From positions 1 to 64,000 of the forward strand of contig JAGGVJ010000019.1 of assembly GCA_021158055.1 (NCBI GenBank): a stretch of DNA of 64,000 nucleotides, written 5' to 3'. Below are positions 9,635 to 19,520 of this stretch, one piece after another (within the stretch, counting starts at the first letter, position 1; the number at the start of each line of letters is the position of its first letter). The notes beneath the pieces are model-generated. The model was not told where the DNA came from, ran no database searches, and worked only from the letters and a program-made list of their open reading frames with translations. Position numbers and translations under genes: made by a program. The stretch comes from Candidatus Iainarchaeum sp. (GTDB lineage: Archaea; Iainarchaeota; Iainarchaeia; JAGGVJ01).

Positions 9635-12466
9635 TCAGTTCGGGGTTTCTTCTTTACCTTTGTCTTTTTCATCCTCGGACGTGTCTGTTGCCTGTTCTTC
9701 AGGGTTTTCTTTGGTTTCCCTGATTTGCCTTGCGCTTATTTTTGCTGGTTTTGCTTTTGGCTTTTGCTTCCCGTTGGTGAGGAAAATGGCTATTAAAAAC
9801 GACACGATAAGCACGATTGCAACAATTATTGCGGCGTAAACCGGTGATTCCATAAAGCCGAACAATCCGGTGGGTTGGGTTTCGGTTTCCTGGAACTCAA
9901 CAGTGTCTTTGAAAAAGTATTGTTTTTCATCCAAAGTCGCTGTTATTATCAATTCAAAGCTTGCGTTCAGGTCACTTGGCAGTTCAGTCAGCACGTTTAA
10001 TGTTTTGATTGTGTTTGCGCTGATTGTCAGGGGCATGTTTTTTAAAGATGTATAGATTATTCTGTCTGATCCGATTGTTATGCTTTCAATGGTCTGTTTT
10101 TCGTTTGAAGTGTTTTCTATTTCAAACTCAAGCATTATCGTGTTTTTTCCGTCTGTTTGTTCAAGTTGTCCTGAAACGTTTTTTATCCTGATTGTCGGTT
10201 CCAGCATTGAGTAATCAAAGTATTTTATCAGGACCTGTTCGTCTGAAACCACCATTGCTTTTCCTTCAAACTCCCCTGTTTCGGTTGTTTTCGGTGTTAC
10301 TGTAACAAAAAGTGTTTTTTCTTCGTTTGGATCAAGGACGCTTATTTTTGTGGAGTTGAAATCAAATTCGTCGCTGAATTCTGCCTTCAGGTTATAAAGT
10401 TGTTTCAGGCCGATGTTTTTGACTGCTATTTTAATGGTCTGGGTTGCGTTGACCTCAAACAGTGTTTGGGTTTCGTTTACGTCAAATTCAAGTTTTCCAA
10501 AAAGCGCCCCGTGTTCCCTGACTGCAACAATAGATTTTTTGGTTGTCTCAGAGCAATCAGAACTTGCTGTAATGCAAAGTGCAAATTCTTTTTGCGGCGT
10601 GTCAAGAGGCGGCGCAACATATATCCATATCTCTGCTTTCTGTTTGCTTGGGATTGCCACAGAAGACGCATTCATGTAAGCCCATGCTGGTCCTGACAGT
10701 TCCAGGTCAAAAATGTTGTGTCTCAAGCCCGTGTTTTTGATTTCGACAAGTATTTTTTCACCTTTTCCCCCTTCTTCCACAAAGAGATTTAGCGGTGTTA
10801 TTTTAATTTCTGAGTTGCAGCATTCCGTATTTGTGCGGACGGTCAGGTGAAAATCTTTTTCTGATGTTTCATTTTCTGATTCTGCCTTTATCTGCAGTGA
10901 AAATACCTTGTTTTCATCTTTCATTGGCGGGGAAACCGTAAGAATGATGTCTTCGGAAGCGCCGCTTTCAAGCGCGATGGTTTTTTTGTCAAGAGTTATC
11001 CAGTCATCCCCTGTTATTGTAAGAGAGTAACTGTCTGGGTTTGTGCCGAGGTTTGTGATTTTCCCCTTGACAATATTTTCAAAACCGGGGCAGACAATCG
11101 GATCATAAACTGCGATGTCAAGCCCGTGGCATTCTTCTATTTCAAGTATCACAGCCAATGTCTTTGATACATTTTTTGAAGTTGCCTCGAAAATGAAGAT
11201 GTTTTTTCCGGATTCAAGGTCTGAAGTGTCAATTTCCATGTTTATTTCAGTGGTTTCATCCGGCAGGAGTGTGCTTTTTTCCTGCGAAATTACAGCGTTT
11301 GCATTTGCAATCAGGAATTCATACGTGTCCTCTTTTTTACCTGTGTTTTTGACTTCAAAAGTGTATTGTGCGGTTGTTTTGCGGCAGGTTTTGCCTGCGG
11401 ATTTGATTATCTCAATTTTTGCGTCAAAACATTTTGCGGTGTTGACTAAAAGAGGCATGATGATTGTTTTTCCTTCAAATATCTGTGATTTTGCATAAAG
11501 AATTATATTTGTTTCTCCCGTGAATCCTTTCGGGGGTGATATGTTGAATGGTATTTCTTTTGTTTCACCTGATTTCAGGATCAATTCGTCGCTTTCAAAA
11601 GCTGCCCAGTCAGCGCCGGTTGAGTAAATGTTTATCCTGTCTGAGTGGGTGCCAAGGTTTGTGACGGTCACTGTCTTTGACGCGGTTTCAATGTCGCACA
11701 CGCTTATCCGGTTTGAGCCGTCCGAGGGTTCAAGTGAGATGCTGTGGATGTTTATGAGTGTGAAATCCAGGGTTGCTTTTTTGATTTCTGTTTTTGAAGC
11801 GGCCTCAATGTTTAAACTGTATTCTTTTTCGTCTGCATAGCAGTCGCTTTTCACAATCAGGTCAAGTGTTTTTGTTTCGCCTGGCTCTACTTTGATTCTT
11901 GTTTCAGGCAATGTGATCCACTCATCGGGCACTCCGTGGGCGGATATGTTAAGTATTTCGCTGAATTCTCCGTTATTGATTATTTCAAGGTCGAATTGTT
12001 TTTCTTCGCACAAAGGGATTGTGGCGCTTTCCGGGTTAACGGACAGGCCTGTCCTGTGGCATTGCTCGACTTCAAAGTCCAGGTTCATGTAGTCTTGCGT
12101 TCCTGAATCAGTTGTTGCGTTGAGTGTGTAAGTGTAGTTTCCTGGGGTTGCGTAGCAGTCCGGTGTCAGGTAAAGGTAGATAGAAGATTCTTTTTGAGGT
12201 TGCAAGGTGATGTTTTCCGGTGCAAGTGTTACCCATTGGCTTTTTTCTCCGGAACCGGTAAAGTGAATGGTTTCTTCAAATTCGCCGCTGTTTGAGATGA
12301 TTACTGAATAAACGGTTGTCTCGCATTGGCATGTTTTTCCAAGGCCGACGCTTTGAGAATCCCAGAGGTTTATTTCGTGGCCGGTGCTGGCAAAAACAGT
12401 TCCTGTTAAAAGAACTGCGCTGATTAAGCAGGTTATGGCTGCTATCGATATTTTTTTGAAAAACAT
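9635..12466 (-). CDS. Large cell-surface protein with tandem Ig-like/NEW3 domains
   Basis: Signal peptide, many N.G...D.Y.L...W...L.PGE repeats with paired Cys, PTGLFG + TM + Lys-rich tail. Confidence 0.82.
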   Translation of the reverse strand: MFFKKISIAAITCLISAVLLTGTVFASTGHEINLWDSQSVGLGKTCQCETTVYSVIISNSGEFEETIHFTGSGEKSQWVTLAPENITLQPQKESSIYLYLTPDCYATPGNYTYTLNATTDSGTQDYMNLDFEVEQCHRTGLSVNPESATIPLCEEKQFDLEIINNGEFSEILNISAHGVPDEWITLPETRIKVEPGETKTLDLIVKSDCYADEKEYSLNIEAASKTEIKKATLDFTLINIHSISLEPSDGSNRISVCDIETASKTVTVTNLGTHSDRINIYSTGADWAAFESDELILKSGETKEIPFNISPPKGFTGETNIILYAKSQIFEGKTIIMPLLVNTAKCFDAKIEIIKSAGKTCRKTTAQYTFEVKNTGKKEDTYEFLIANANAVISQEKSTLLPDETTEINMEIDTSDLESGKNIFIFEATSKNVSKTLAVILEIEECHGLDIAVYDPIVCPGFENIVKGKITNLGTNPDSYSLTITGDDWITLDKKTIALESGASEDIILTVSPPMKDENKVFSLQIKAESENETSEKDFHLTVRTNTECCNSEIKITPLNLFVEEGGKGEKILVEIKNTGLRHNIFDLELSGPAWAYMNASSVAIPSKQKAEIWIYVAPPLDTPQKEFALCITASSDCSETTKKSIVAVREHGALFGKLEFDVNETQTLFEVNATQTIKIAVKNIGLKQLYNLKAEFSDEFDFNSTKISVLDPNEEKTLFVTVTPKTTETGEFEGKAMVVSDEQVLIKYFDYSMLEPTIRIKNVSGQLEQTDGKNTIMLEFEIENTSNEKQTIESITIGSDRIIYTSLKNMPLTISANTIKTLNVLTELPSDLNASFELIITATLDEKQYFFKDTVEFQETETQPTGLFGFMESPVYAAIIVAIVLIVSFLIAIFLTNGKQKPKAKPAKISARQIRETKENPEEQATDTSEDEKDKGKEETPN

Positions 12467-12566
12467 TTTTCACACTTTCCCGTAGACAATATTAATCTTT
12501 TTATTTGCATTACTCTTTTTTTGGACAGTTTCTTCACTGTTTTTTGATTTGGCAGAAACTTTGCGC

Positions 12567-15500
12567 TTACCTTGCTCTTTGGCTCCACCGCTGGATTTTT
12601 TTGTTATTTGGATCTGCCGGAACTTCTTCAGGCACTTTTTCTTTTAGCCCGCCGTCGTAAGAAGTCATTTTTCGTACTTTGTTGATCTGCCTTTTTGAAT
12701 GTGAACTCCTGAAAAAGTATATTGCGCTTGCAAGGAGCACGATGAATGCAACTGCAAGGAACGGCAAAAGTCCACCTGTGCTTGCTGCTGTAATAAATCC
12801 GGTTATCAGGTCGGATTCTCCTTCTTTGGTTATCCTCAATTTTTCTTCTTCAGTGAGCACGTTTGAGCCGCGGAACCTGATGCCTCCGTCGTAGTCGTGT
12901 TCAAGTACGTTTTTCGGCGCAAGCATGATTGTGATATTTTTTGTTTCGCTTGGCTGCAATGTTACTTGTTCTGGGCTTGAGGTCACTATGAAGTCCCCTG
13001 CAAGGCCGGTCATTTCTGGTGAGATGTTGTGTGCTGTTTGTGTTGAGTTGTTTGTTATCGCGGCAGTTATTTTTATTGCTTTCAACAATCCTGCCTCGCG
13101 TATTTCTTCTGACTCAGTGGTTATGTCAAGCGCGGTTGCCGGAATGATTGAGTCAGTGGTTTTTACAAACACTTCTTTGATGTCAATGTGGTCTTCTGCA
13201 GTGATTGTCAGGTCAATGAACGCGTCTGTAACGTTGTCTGTTGAGGGTGTCAGTGTTATCTCCATTTCACGTTTTTCACCGTCAAGCAGGGTTTTCACCT
13301 TTTTTTTGTATGTCCAGTTGTCGGGAAGGTTTTGGGCGCGCATTGTGAAGTCCATTATGTGGTCAGAGTTGTTTTTAACAATCGCGCTTATTGTGACCGG
13401 TTGTCCGGGCACTGCAGTTATGCTTTCTGTTGTGCTGAGTATTTTAATTATTTGCTTTGGTTTTGTGTCAGGGGGTGTGACTGGAGGTGTCGGGGGCAAT
13501 ATTGTTGTTCCTGTTATGTCTGTTATTTTTATTTCGTGCGTGGTTGTGTCCTCAGCGCGTTCTTCGACTATCACGCAGATTTCGTCGTCTGCAACGATTT
13601 CATTGTCTACTTCTGCTTCCATTGTGAGGTAATACCTGCCTGCTTCAAGGTCTGTTGACCTGAATCTTACAAGCACTTTTTTGTCGCTGTCTTTTTTCAG
13701 TGTTATGGTGCTGGTCTGCAGGCTTGCGTTGAGTTCATAAACGTCCCCGTAAAGGTGAAGGTATACTTTGTGGGTTGTATTGTCCCTGTTTCTTATGGTC
13801 ACTCTTGTTTCTTCCTGTTCGTTTTGACCCATTACTATGCACCCGCTTAATGCGCGGACGTCAATGTCTGCTTCTTTGCCGTTTTCATCGTCTTCGTCTT
13901 CCTCTATTTTAAGGTCTGCAAGGATGCTTTCAACAAGTTCGCCGTCAACGTATGCTTTCGCCCGCACGTCGTAGTGGCCGTCTTTGTTGGTTTTGGAGGT
14001 GGGTGCATATAGGGTTACTATAATGCTTTCGCTTTCGTCAAGTGAGATAAAGTCTTTGCTGAAGTAAGGTGTTCTGCCGGTTTCGCTTGTGGCGTCGAGT
14101 TCTATGTCGTCTTTGTCACAGCCGGTGTTGGTTATTTTTATGTCAAATTGGCCTGTTTGGCCGGGTTCGACTGTGTCGTCGTTTAAGAACCTCATTGTTA
14201 TTCTTGAGTCTCGGTCGTCGTCTTCGCCGGTTACCTCATATTTAAGGACGATTGCATCGCTGCAGGTGTCTGCCTGTCCTTTTACAGTCAACAGATAGTC
14301 GCCTGTGTCATCGCTTTGCGATGTGGATACCTGCACTGTTGAAACGTATGACTGGCCTTCGTTGAGGTTCACGTGCGAGGGAATGATATTTGCATTTGCT
14401 ATGTTTGCAGTGTAGTCGATTCTTTTTGATGCGTCGCTGTTGTTTTTTGTAAGTATTGTGAATTCGGCAATTTGCCCTGCTTCAACTTTTTGCGTGCCGC
14501 TGGTGTCTGTCAGTGAAATTAAGCAGGTTTCGTATTCGTAGTCGCCATCGCCTTCGCCGACTCTTATTGTGACTGTTTCCCTATCTGTGTCGCTGTCACC
14601 GTCAAGCCATGCTTTTGCCTTGATTTCTATTTCGTAGGTTGTGTTTTCAGGGCTTGATGGGATGCGTCCTGAAAGGGTCACTTCCTCGTCTTCGTAGACA
14701 TCCTCGTCTGAAAATTCCACGTCTCTGAGGTCGTCGTCTTCGTCAACCCAGATTTCTGCATCGTCAAACTCTCCTCTTACTTCAAAGTCAATGTTAAAGC
14801 GATCTCCTGGGTTATAGGTTTTGTCGTCGTCAAGCTGTTTGAAGTAAACGTTTGCGTCGTAATCTCTGTAGTAATCTCTGTCGTAGTCTCCGTAGTAGTC
14901 TCCGTAGTAGTCTCCGTAGTAGTCTCCGTAGTAGTCTCCGTAATAGTCTCCGTAGTAGTCTCCGTAGTAATCTCTGTCGTAATCTCTGTCGTAATCGTAA
15001 TGGTATCCGTCAACAACGTTGATTCTTATAACGTCAATACTCTCGCAGTAATATTCGTCTGACTCAGCGATTATTTCAACATACAATAAATAAGTTTCGT
15101 CGTTTGCGTATCTGTCTATTTCGGCAGTCCATCTGAAGTGGTCGTCATAAGCATGCACTCTGATATCTTCAAATTCCCACGCAGCATCCCATTCTAATTC
15201 GGAATAGAAATGTATGTCATAGTCATAGTAGTAGCCGTCAAAATCGTAGTAAATCGACAGATCTACATAATCTCCGGGTTCGTAATTGCGTTTTAGGTTG
15301 CGTATCCTTTCAATCTCTATGTCGCAACCGTAATCTCTGTTGTAATTTCTGTTGTAATATCTGTTGTAATCTCTGTTGTAATATCTGTTGTAATCTCCGT
15401 AGTAATCTCCGTAGGTTCCGTAATAGTGTGTTTCGTCGCTGTCTGCGTAGTATCCGGTGTGGTATGTTGTTGGGTTGGTTGTGTATTCTCCGGTGTGGTA

Positions 15501-15638
15501 TGTTGGTGTGGTTTCAGTTGTGGCATACTGATCTGTAGCTTGCGCTTGCGGGGTTAAAAACAGGGAAATTGAAAGAATTGCCATTAAGGTAATGGAATAA
15601 AAGATTATTTTTGCAATATTTTTTTTAATTTGCTTCAT
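12567..15638 (-). CDS. Large cell-surface protein with Tyr/Asp-rich tetrapeptide repeats and Ig-like domains
   Basis: Signal peptide (MKQIKK start with GAGGCGG SD), DYYG/DYNR repeats, ITGF + TM anchor. Confidence 0.82.
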   Translation of the reverse strand: MKQIKKNIAKIIFYSITLMAILSISLFLTPQAQATDQYATTETTPTYHTGEYTTNPTTYHTGYYADSDETHYYGTYGDYYGDYNRYYNRDYNRYYNRNYNRDYGCDIEIERIRNLKRNYEPGDYVDLSIYYDFDGYYYDYDIHFYSELEWDAAWEFEDIRVHAYDDHFRWTAEIDRYANDETYLLYVEIIAESDEYYCESIDVIRINVVDGYHYDYDRDYDRDYYGDYYGDYYGDYYGDYYGDYYGDYYGDYDRDYYRDYDANVYFKQLDDDKTYNPGDRFNIDFEVRGEFDDAEIWVDEDDDLRDVEFSDEDVYEDEEVTLSGRIPSSPENTTYEIEIKAKAWLDGDSDTDRETVTIRVGEGDGDYEYETCLISLTDTSGTQKVEAGQIAEFTILTKNNSDASKRIDYTANIANANIIPSHVNLNEGQSYVSTVQVSTSQSDDTGDYLLTVKGQADTCSDAIVLKYEVTGEDDDRDSRITMRFLNDDTVEPGQTGQFDIKITNTGCDKDDIELDATSETGRTPYFSKDFISLDESESIIVTLYAPTSKTNKDGHYDVRAKAYVDGELVESILADLKIEEDEDDENGKEADIDVRALSGCIVMGQNEQEETRVTIRNRDNTTHKVYLHLYGDVYELNASLQTSTITLKKDSDKKVLVRFRSTDLEAGRYYLTMEAEVDNEIVADDEICVIVEERAEDTTTHEIKITDITGTTILPPTPPVTPPDTKPKQIIKILSTTESITAVPGQPVTISAIVKNNSDHIMDFTMRAQNLPDNWTYKKKVKTLLDGEKREMEITLTPSTDNVTDAFIDLTITAEDHIDIKEVFVKTTDSIIPATALDITTESEEIREAGLLKAIKITAAITNNSTQTAHNISPEMTGLAGDFIVTSSPEQVTLQPSETKNITIMLAPKNVLEHDYDGGIRFRGSNVLTEEEKLRITKEGESDLITGFITAASTGGLLPFLAVAFIVLLASAIYFFRSSHSKRQINKVRKMTSYDGGLKEKVPEEVPADPNNKKIQRWSQRAR
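14856..15000. repeat. 12-bp coding tandem repeat (DYYG/DYDR)n
   Basis: GTAGTCTCCGTA-type units. Confidence 0.95.
15330..15424. repeat. 12-bp coding tandem repeat (DYNR/YYNR/DYYG)n
   Basis: GTAATCTCTGTT-type units. Confidence 0.9.
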
Positions 15639-15732
15639 TTTGACCGCCTCACAATGAATATGGTTTTTCATGTACACATTATGATTCTTTTTTGCAATTT
15701 GTTTGCAATTTTCTCATTATAACAATAAAACT

Positions 15733-15775
15733 TTATTGCAAAACTACTATTTAAATGTATTCACTAAAAAGTGGT
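15733..15775 (-). promoter_or_regulatory. Promoter of the Tyr/Asp-rich surface protein gene: CACT-N4-AGTG box, TATA, TTTTGCAATAA
   Basis: TTTAAATA-GTAG-TTTTGCAATAA on the minus strand; CACTAAAAAGTGGT identical to 8670-8683. Confidence 0.6.
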
Positions 15776-16135
15776 ATTATGTCGCATGTACTTGAAAAGC
15801 AGCTGTGTAAGCATATCTATTATATACTTCCATATACTCAATATTATATTGTAAAATATTGTAAGGCATAAATTGTAAAATTGTAATGCTTGGTAATATT
15901 ATTGAAAAGTAAATTTCATAAATTGTTTTAACCATAGATTATTTTAATTCTTTTAGTCTTGATTTTTACTTTAACATATGCAGTGTGGCGTAAATGCATG
16001 GAATAAGCGTGTTTGTTAACAGGTTTCAAATATTGTGTTTATATATTTTTAAACAGCATGTGATTTCAGATATTGTATTATTGTTTCAGGTATTATATTA
16101 TTGTATCATGAAAGTAATCAGGGGGATGTTGTCTT

Positions 16136-16522
16136 TTGAGTGATGCTATGTGTGCTATTGGTTTGACTGAAGAGGTTGTTCTTAAAAGTCAGAAAAAATC
16201 AGTCAAAACCATTGCAAAAGTGGATACCGGCGCTACAAGGTCGTCGATTGACAAGAGTATTCTTGCTGCGCTTGAAGCAGAAAGCGAGCCGAGAAAAAGG
16301 GTGAGGGTAAAAAGTGCTCTCGGTGAAGAAAAACGGCGTCTTGTATATCTTGAGATAGAGGTGTGCGGGAAGAGCATTTTGAACAGGTTTAATATCAGCG
16401 ACAGGTTAAACCACACCCATCACGTGCTTATCGGGCGCGATATTTTGTTTGGGAATTTTGTGGTTGATGTTTCAAAAAAGCATTTGTCTTTTCGACTTGC
16501 TGACTTAAAGGTGAAAAAATGA
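16136..16522 (+). CDS. Retropepsin-like aspartyl protease, RimK-associated (Zn_protease family)
   Basis: AKVDTGATRSSID and VLIGRD motifs; overlaps rimK. Confidence 0.85.
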   Translation: MSDAMCAIGLTEEVVLKSQKKSVKTIAKVDTGATRSSIDKSILAALEAESEPRKRVRVKSALGEEKRRLVYLEIEVCGKSILNRFNISDRLNHTHHVLIGRDILFGNFVVDVSKKHLSFRLADLKVKK

Positions 16523-17382
16523 ATCTTTTGATTGCGGCACCGTCAAAGCCGTCTCCTTCAACAAAGCAGTTGATTGAAGAGGCAGAAAAGGACTTTAAAG
16601 TGGATTTTTTGAATTTCAGCGAGCTTTCAATAGAAGTTTCCACCGGAAACATTGACACAATAGGCCTTGATTTGAATTCCTATGATTTTGTGCTTCCAAG
16701 AATAGACAGGCCAAGATTCCAGCCGGGTTTTCATTTCATGCGGCTGGTTGAGTCTTTCGGGGTAAAATCTGTTTATCCTGCTGAAACTGTTTTGATTGCC
16801 CACAACAAGTTTCTCACATTGGAATGCCTTGCAAAAAAAGGCGTGCCTGTTCCAAGAACTATTTTGACTTTCAATAAGAAATTTACAAAGAATGCGCTTC
16901 AGAAGTTTGAATTTCCCCTTGTGCTTAAGGTGGTTGATGGCTCCGGCGGCCTTGGGGTTTTCTTTTTGGAAAACGAGGTGTCGGCTGATTCAGTTATCAA
17001 TTCCATGGATTCGGCTCACAGGGAGCTTTTGGTAGAAGAGTTTCTTCCAAACGACGGGGAAGACATCAGGCTGTTGGTTGTCGGGGACAAGGTTGTCACG
17101 GCAATGAAACGCACGGCAAACAAGTCAGGGGAGTTCAGGGCAAATCTTACGGCAGGCGGTACTGGAAAAAAGTTTGAAGCACCGGATGAATTAAACCAGA
17201 TTGCTCTGGATTCGGCACGCGCAATAAATGCCAAAATTTGCGGCGTGGACGTGATTGAATCTGAAGGGGAGTTCAAGGTAATTGAGGTCAATTTAAACCC
17301 CGGAATTTATAAGACAGGTCTTGCGACAGATGTAAATATCTCAAAGCACATATGTGAGTATATAAAAGGTGAACTTAAGTGA
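16519..17382 (+). CDS. rimK: RimK family ATP-grasp alpha-L-glutamate ligase
   Basis: NKFLT, PVPRT, GSGGLGV, EDIRLLVVG, FRANLTAGG, GVDVI, EVNLNPG. Confidence 0.88.
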   Translation: MNLLIAAPSKPSPSTKQLIEEAEKDFKVDFLNFSELSIEVSTGNIDTIGLDLNSYDFVLPRIDRPRFQPGFHFMRLVESFGVKSVYPAETVLIAHNKFLTLECLAKKGVPVPRTILTFNKKFTKNALQKFEFPLVLKVVDGSGGLGVFFLENEVSADSVINSMDSAHRELLVEEFLPNDGEDIRLLVVGDKVVTAMKRTANKSGEFRANLTAGGTGKKFEAPDELNQIALDSARAINAKICGVDVIESEGEFKVIEVNLNPGIYKTGLATDVNISKHICEYIKGELK

Positions 17383-18239
17383 ACATTTGCATACTTGGAA
17401 CTGAAAAAAAGACCGATACGGAAGTTGAGCTCATTAACATTGCTCAAAAAGTTTTTGACAGTGTGTTTTACCTTCCGATAGAGGGAGTCAGGATCGTTAA
17501 GTGCGATGGTGATTTTGCAGTCCAGTACCGAAAAGAGGTTCTCGAGCATTTTGATGTTATTTTGCCGTGGCTTCCGAAATCAAAGTATGATCTTGCCAAC
17601 GTTGTCCTTCCGATCATGACTTCAAAAACTTACTGCCCTTTTTCAGTTGAAAACTTTTTTTTGGCTTCAAACCGTTTTCTTTTTCTCAGGCACCTGATAA
17701 CCCAGGGGTATGACAAGCGAAATATCTATTTGGCTGACGCTAAATCTTCTTCGATTGAACACATTGAGTCAATGGGCTTTCCCGTGGTGCTCAGTTCAGT
17801 CGGAAGCGTGAAAAAAAGGATGGTTGCATACAGCACTTCAGAGCTGAAAGGAATGATTGACATGGTAAAAGGTTCTGATAGCCCGGTGCTTGTTGAAGAA
17901 TATCCTGGTGAAAAGGATTCTTATTGTTTTGTTGTGGGAAAAAACATTTATTTAACGGATCTGAAGTACAAATTGAGTGTTCCTTCACCGGAATTAAGCA
18001 GTGAAATTCTGGACATTGCATCTGCTTTGAAGTTTCCGTTCGCAATGTTCAATTTGACCAATAAGGGCCTTGTTGACGACATAAAACTAAAGTTTTATCT
18101 TTCAAATGCCCCTGAAAAAATTTGTTCAAGAATTTTACAGGTATTGCTTGAAACGCTTAAGGACGAGGCAACGCTTTACCACACAAGCAAAGTGGCTTTT
18201 AGTATTACCCAGACAATCAGGCGTTTTTTTAAGAAGTAA
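17379..18239 (+). CDS. Degenerate RimK-like ATP-grasp paralog
   Basis: N-terminal RimK-like pre-ATP-grasp region (FDVILP), GFPVVL, VLVEEY; lacks GxxG loop, RAN and EVN motifs. Confidence 0.55.
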   Translation: MNICILGTEKKTDTEVELINIAQKVFDSVFYLPIEGVRIVKCDGDFAVQYRKEVLEHFDVILPWLPKSKYDLANVVLPIMTSKTYCPFSVENFFLASNRFLFLRHLITQGYDKRNIYLADAKSSSIEHIESMGFPVVLSSVGSVKKRMVAYSTSELKGMIDMVKGSDSPVLVEEYPGEKDSYCFVVGKNIYLTDLKYKLSVPSPELSSEILDIASALKFPFAMFNLTNKGLVDDIKLKFYLSNAPEKICSRILQVLLETLKDEATLYHTSKVAFSITQTIRRFFKK

Positions 18240-18305
18240 AAAAAGTGTCTTGTCAAGTGATTCAGGCGCAGTTCTTGCCTGGCGCGTGGCACATGCAGCT
18301 TATGG

Positions 18306-18986
18306 TTAAGTTTGGGTTTTTATTGAGCGCAGGGTTATTTCAAATTTAAGTGTTTTTCCAATCAGCGCGTGGTTAAAATCCACTCTTGCATTGTCTTTTT
18401 TTATTTCTACGATTATCCCGTGGCCGATGTTTGTTGAAAGCACCACGTTTTTTTCAGGTTTTATGCCCTGGTGGACAAGTGCGGAAACAGGAATTGTCAT
18501 TATTTTTTTCGGATCTTTTTTCCCGTATGCGTCTTCTGGCGGGATGGTTACTGTTTTTGTTTCGTTTAGTTTCATTCCGATGACTGCCTGGTCGAATCCT
18601 TTTATCATTTGGCCGCTTCCGGCTGTGAATGTCATGGGGGTGTATTCCGGTCTTGGGGGCAGGTTTGCTTCGGTTGCTTTTGATTCGATTGATGTGTCAA
18701 ACACTGTCCCGTCTTCAAGCGACGCGATATAATCCACGCTTATTGTGTCCCCGGATTCAACTTGTCGTGTTTTGCCTGCTTTTGCAGTTTTTTTTGTTTT
18801 TGCCGTTAAAGTGCTTATTGTTTCTTTTTCTGAAATGCGTTCAATAAGCGCTGGTTTTGCAATTTTTTTTGCAGTGCTTTTTGGTTTTTTTGAAACCTTT
18901 TTGTTCTCTTTTTGTTTTTTTGAAACTTTTGGAGATTTTTTCCGTGTCGCTTTGCTTTTTGCCACTGTTGCTTTGCTTTTTGCCAT
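18306..18986 (-). CDS. FKBP-type (SlyD-like) PPIase with Lys-rich N-terminal tail
   Basis: VDY..LEDGTVFDTS, GQMIKGFD, IPPEDAYG, DFNHALIGKTL. Confidence 0.9.
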   Translation of the reverse strand: MAKSKATVAKSKATRKKSPKVSKKQKENKKVSKKPKSTAKKIAKPALIERISEKETISTLTAKTKKTAKAGKTRQVESGDTISVDYIASLEDGTVFDTSIESKATEANLPPRPEYTPMTFTAGSGQMIKGFDQAVIGMKLNETKTVTIPPEDAYGKKDPKKIMTIPVSALVHQGIKPEKNVVLSTNIGHGIIVEIKKDNARVDFNHALIGKTLKFEITLRSIKTQT

Positions 18987-19520
18987 GTTAATCCTCTAAA
19001 TCGGCCGTTTTTTCAATGTCTTTCACAGTTATTTCAAACACGAGTGTTTCTCCAAGCAAAGCGTTCAGGTTGATTGTCATGTGTGTGCTGTTAGCGTCTT
19101 CAATTCTCATGAGTCCGTATGGGCTTGGCACAAGTGTTCCTTTCTGGAAGGGAGTGAGTTTGAGCGTGACGTTTGAATCGTTTATTGCAATGATGTCAAT
19201 TAATCCAAACGGGCTTTCAAGCACGTCCCCTTCAGCGATTTCTTTCCCGTAGCCGGTTTCAAGGTCGTCAAGGTCTGCGTAGTCAGTAAGCAAAGTAGTT
19301 TGCAATGCAAGAGGGTCCATTTCCCCGTATGCGTCTTCCGGCGGGATGGTCACTGTTTTTGTTTCGTTTAGTTTCATTCCGATGACTGCCTGGTCGAATC
19401 CTTTTATCATTTGGCCGCTTCCGGCTGTGAATGTCATGGGGGTGTATTCTGGTCTTGGGGGCAGGTTTGCTTCGGTTGCTTTTGATTCGATTGATGTGTC
19501 AAACACTGTCCCGTCTTCAA
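18522..19520. repeat. 197-bp near-identical direct repeat (18522-18718 and 19324-19520) in the two FKBP genes
   Basis: Three mismatches by eye, all synonymous. Confidence 0.9.

Noticed and set aside
14777-15526. Thr/Glu-rich ORFs (TTTE/ITTE repeats)
   Set aside because: Alternative-frame readings of the 12-bp repeats inside the surface-protein gene.
18522-19520. DGR template/variable repeat pair
   Set aside because: Only three synonymous differences, adenines are not confined to one copy, and no reverse transcriptase is in the window.
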